DNA of 64,000 nt from Candidatus Latescibacterota bacterium (GTDB taxonomy: Bacteria > Latescibacterota > UBA2968 > UBA8231), in contig OZ241889.1 of assembly GCA_965203355.1 (NCBI GenBank), forward strand, positions 3,456,001 through 3,520,000. The letters are read 5' to 3'. How positions within the stretch are numbered: position 1 is the first letter of the stretch; each line of letters starts with the position of its first letter. A program made the translations under genes and the position numbers. The notes under the pieces were generated by a model. That model was not told the origin of the DNA. It did not search any database and saw only the letters and a list, made by a program, of their open reading frames with translations. Below are positions 60,987 to 64,000 of the stretch, piece after piece.

Positions 60987-62810
60987 ATGATGACTTTGTT
61001 GCGCCAAAAGACAGTGCTCGTTTTGTGGTTTGTGATCTTCGCCTTCATCGGCTTGATCGTCGTCGAATGGGGAGCCGACTACTCGGGCCCGGGCACCAAC
61101 GCCGCTGGCGATGCAGTCGGCGTGGTAAATGGCAAGACCATTTCGCTCCAAGAGTTCCAAGACGCGCTGCGGCGGGTAGCGAGCCAGCTGCCGCAGGAGC
61201 AGCGCGCTGATCAGGCCCTGCTCGTGCAGCAGGTGTGGGACTACTACGTCCGCGAGATCATTGTGAATCAAGAATACGAGCGCTTGGGATTCGAGGTGAC
61301 CGATGGGGAAATTGCTTTTTACACGCGGAACAAGCCGCCGCCGCTCGTGTACGAATTCGAGGCTTTTCAAACCGATGGCGCGTTCGACATGGACAAGTAC
61401 GCCCAATTCATCGGCAATCCGGCCCATCTCAGCGACCCCAACAACCAAGCCTTAGTCCTGTGGATCGAGAGCGCGATCGAGCGGCAATTGCTCGAGTACC
61501 GGCTCCAGCGGCTGCTGCGAGGCACGGCGCAGGTGAGTCCGAATGAGGCGCACCAGCACTTTGCCGAGGCCAACGAAAAGGTGCGCATTGAATACGCATT
61601 TGCCGCCAGCGATACAGCGGCCGACGCGAGCGAGGTCTCGGCTGAAGATTTGGCCGCCTATTACCAAGAAAACGCGACCGACTACGAGCATCCCGATCAG
61701 GTAAAGCTGGAGTACGCGCACTTTCCCAAGGTGGCCAGCGCTGCGGATTCACTGGAAATCAAAAAGGAGATTGACCGCCTGCGCCAAGAAATTGCGGAAG
61801 GCGCGGATTTTGCCGAGTTGGCTGCGATAGTCTCGGACGACGAAGGCTCTGCTGCCCAAGGTGGCGACTTGGGGTTTTTTGGCCGCGGTCGGATGGTCGC
61901 GCCCTTTGAGGAAGCGGCTTTCGCCTTGGCCCCCGGCGAACTTTCCGCGCCGGTGCAGACGCGCTATGGCTGGCATCTGATCAAGGCGGAAGAACGCTTG
62001 GAGAAAGAAGGCGGCGAGGAGCAGGTCCACGCCCGCCACATCCTGCTCAGGTACCAGCCCTCGCGCACGACCGAGGATAGTTTGCGCCGCGCGGTTGAGG
62101 CGTTTCAAGAGCAAGCCGCCGCCGAGGGATTTGCGGCCGCGCGCGCGGCTTCTGGCACGGAGGCGACGCCCACGAATTTCCTGCGCCAGGGCCAAGCCGT
62201 GCCGGGCGTCAGCGCGAACACCACCTGGCTCGTCAACTGGTTTTTCGAGCAGGAGCCTGGTGCCGTCAGTCAGGTCATTGAAGACGACTCAGGGTTGTGG
62301 GTGGCGCAGCTGGTGGCCAAGCGTCCCGAGGGCACCATACCGCTAGCCGAGCTAAAGGACCAGCTTGAGCCGGTGGTGCGTGCGCACAAGCAGGCCGCGC
62401 GCGCCGCCGCTCGGCTGGAAAGCGTGCGGCAAGAAGTCGAAGGCGGGGTCACCTTGGCTCAAGCGGCGCAAAATGCCGGGGTGGAGTTCCACGCGCCCGA
62501 GGCTTTTATGCGCGCCGAATTCGTGGAAGGTCTAGGCCGCGCTAACGCCGTGATCGGCGCGGCCTTTCGCCTAGCCGAGGGCCAGCTCAGCGCAGTGATC
62601 GAGGTCGCCGAGGGTCGCCAGCGCGGGGCGTATTTGCTGAAGCTGCTGGAGAAGACGCCGGTAGATGAGGAGCAATTCGCCGCGCAGCGCGAGCAGATCG
62701 TCGCCCAGCTTCAAGCCCAACGCGAGCAGGAGGCTGTGCAGAACTGGCTCGCGCACCTGTACGAAACAGCCGAGATCGAAGACAACAGACATCGCTTTTT
62801 CACGTTTTAG
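60987..62810 (+). CDS. PpiD/SurA-like peptidyl-prolyl isomerase
   Basis: N-terminal TM, SurA_N-like region, parvulin [18 protein letters not shown]. Confidence 0.85.
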   Translation: MMTLLRQKTVLVLWFVIFAFIGLIVVEWGADYSGPGTNAAGDAVGVVNGKTISLQEFQDALRRVASQLPQEQRADQALLVQQVWDYYVREIIVNQEYERLGFEVTDGEIAFYTRNKPPPLVYEFEAFQTDGAFDMDKYAQFIGNPAHLSDPNNQALVLWIESAIERQLLEYRLQRLLRGTAQVSPNEAHQHFAEANEKVRIEYAFAASDTAADASEVSAEDLAAYYQENATDYEHPDQVKLEYAHFPKVASAADSLEIKKEIDRLRQEIAEGADFAELAAIVSDDEGSAAQGGDLGFFGRGRMVAPFEEAAFALAPGELSAPVQTRYGWHLIKAEERLEKEGGEEQVHARHILLRYQPSRTTEDSLRRAVEAFQEQAAAEGFAAARAASGTEATPTNFLRQGQAVPGVSANTTWLVNWFFEQEPGAVSQVIEDDSGLWVAQLVAKRPEGTIPLAELKDQLEPVVRAHKQAARAAARLESVRQEVEGGVTLAQAAQNAGVEFHAPEAFMRAEFVEGLGRANAVIGAAFRLAEGQLSAVIEVAEGRQRGAYLLKLLEKTPVDEEQFAAQREQIVAQLQAQREQEAVQNWLAHLYETAEIEDNRHRFFTF

Positions 62811-62823
62811 AGGGGAGAGAATC

Positions 62824-63735
62824 ATGCCAGCCGCACCGGGACAAACGCAAATCGGCTTTATCGGCTTGGGGATCATGGGTGCGCCCATGGCAAAAAACCT
62901 GCTCAAAGCCGGTTATCAACTCAAGGTGTACAACCGCAGCGACCGGCCGCGCGTCGACGAGGTCGTCGCCGCTGGGGGCGTGCGCGTTGGCTCGCCCCAA
63001 GAGGCGGCGACCGGTGCCGATGTCATCATCAGCATCGTCACCGACACGCCCGACATGGAGGCCGTGCTGGTGGGCGAGGAGGGCGCGATTGGCGGAGCTA
63101 AAGAGGGCGCGGTCGTCATCGACATGAGCACGGTGTCGCCCAAAGTCACCCGCGCCGTGGCCGCGGCCTTGCAGGAGCGGGGCGTGGCCATGCTCGACGC
63201 GCCCGTCAGCGGCGGTGATGTGGGCGCGATCAACGGCACCTTGTCGATCATGGTCGGTGGCGACGAAGCGGTCTTTAACGAGTGCCTGCCGGTCTTTGAG
63301 GCTATGGGCACCAATATCAACTTGATCGGCCCCAACGGCGCGGGCCAAACCACCAAGCTCTGCAACCAGATCGCGGTTTCGGTCAACAACATGGCGATGG
63401 CCGAGGCCCTGATGCTGGCGGCGGCCTCGGACTTGGACGTGCAAAAGGTCATCGACGCCATCAGCGGCGGAGCGGCTGGCTCTTGGCAGCTCAGCAACTT
63501 AGGCCCGCGCATTGCCGCTGGCGATTTTGCCCCGGGCTTTATGGTCTATTTGCAGCAAAAGGATTTGCGCTTGGTCTTGCAGGCGGCCAACGATATAAAG
63601 CTGGCTCTGCCGGCCGTGAGCATCGCCCACCAGTTTTTCAACATTGTCGAGCGCGCCGGCTGCGCCGAAGAGGGGACTCAGGCGTTGATCAAAGCCTATG
63701 AGGCCCAGGCTAGCCGACAAGCGCGGGCCCAGTAG
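62824..63735 (+). CDS. beta-hydroxyacid dehydrogenase (tartronate semialdehyde reductase/3-hydroxyisobutyrate dehydrogenase family)
   Basis: IGFIGLGIMGAPMA, LDAPVSGG, KLCNQ. Confidence 0.9.
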   Translation: MPAAPGQTQIGFIGLGIMGAPMAKNLLKAGYQLKVYNRSDRPRVDEVVAAGGVRVGSPQEAATGADVIISIVTDTPDMEAVLVGEEGAIGGAKEGAVVIDMSTVSPKVTRAVAAALQERGVAMLDAPVSGGDVGAINGTLSIMVGGDEAVFNECLPVFEAMGTNINLIGPNGAGQTTKLCNQIAVSVNNMAMAEALMLAAASDLDVQKVIDAISGGAAGSWQLSNLGPRIAAGDFAPGFMVYLQQKDLRLVLQAANDIKLALPAVSIAHQFFNIVERAGCAEEGTQALIKAYEAQASRQARAQ

Positions 63736-63744
63736 CTAGCGGCG

Positions 63745-64000
63745 GTGCAACTCGAACTGAAAAAGGTCGGGGTCCTGCTGCGCGACCAAGATTTAGACTA
63801 TCCGGTCGCCGAGGTCCGCGGCCTTTTTGCTCGGCATGGGATTGAAGTGTGCTTTATTGAAGGGGACGCGGCGCCGCCCGATTTGGATCTCATCGTCGCA
63901 CTGGGGGGCGACGGCACGGTGCTCCGTGCTTTTGCGCGTTTCCCGCAGCGGCCGGTGCTGGCGATCAATTTCGGCACTGTCGGCTTTCTGACCGCTGGCG
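63745..64000 (+). CDS. nadK: NAD kinase (partial, runs off window)
   Basis: VALGGDGTVL...PVLAINFGTVGFLT; not in the ORF track because it is open at the edge. Confidence 0.85.
   Translation, partial: MQLELKKVGVLLRDQDLDYPVAEVRGLFARHGIEVCFIEGDAAPPDLDLIVALGGDGTVLRAFARFPQRPVLAINFGTVGFLTAG

Overview
A GC-rich bacterial chromosome segment. PorV-family and FlgD-Ig/T9SS-like C-terminal sorting-domain proteins, PhyH dioxygenases, NiSOD and repeat-rich surface proteins suggest an FCB-group organism such as Latescibacterota/Gemmatimonadota (inference). 1-18 kb: secreted/surface proteins (a Calx-beta-like partial gene, two FlgD-CTD paralogues plus a decayed third, a six-LTD protein), rhamnonate dehydratase-like enzyme, a TA remnant, dusB, CBM9-like protein, sodN and porV-like gene. 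18-29 kb: a minus-strand housekeeping run (uvrC, xerD, ABC transporter, ecfT, truA, htrA, pssA, tatA, gatA). 29.5-47.3 kb: an ~18 kb integrase-free defence island between uvrC and rlmI, in the order SNF2-DUF3883 helicase, a variable insert (XRE, membrane protein, decayed methylase 5' copy, two coiled-coil paralogues with a 54-bp VNTR), DUF1156 methyltransferase, dual-OB protein, two DUF488 proteins, Swt1-HEPN/DUF499 ATPase, PHP-ATPase and Schlafen/AlbA_2 protein. 47-64 kb: rlmI, SDR, PhyH, HD hydrolase, ndk, the yceD-rpmF-fabH-fabD-fabG-acpP-fabF-rnc cluster (no plsX), lipoate ligase, oppDF, PPIase, beta-hydroxyacid dehydrogenase and the start of NAD kinase. Best candidates for novelty are the composite DUF499/DUF1156 defence operon with its nested dual-OB/DUF488 module, and a possible poly-C-controlled uORF switch upstream of the surface-protein gene at the left edge. 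No tRNA, rRNA or CRISPR array was seen. All domain calls come from motif recognition by eye, not database searches.
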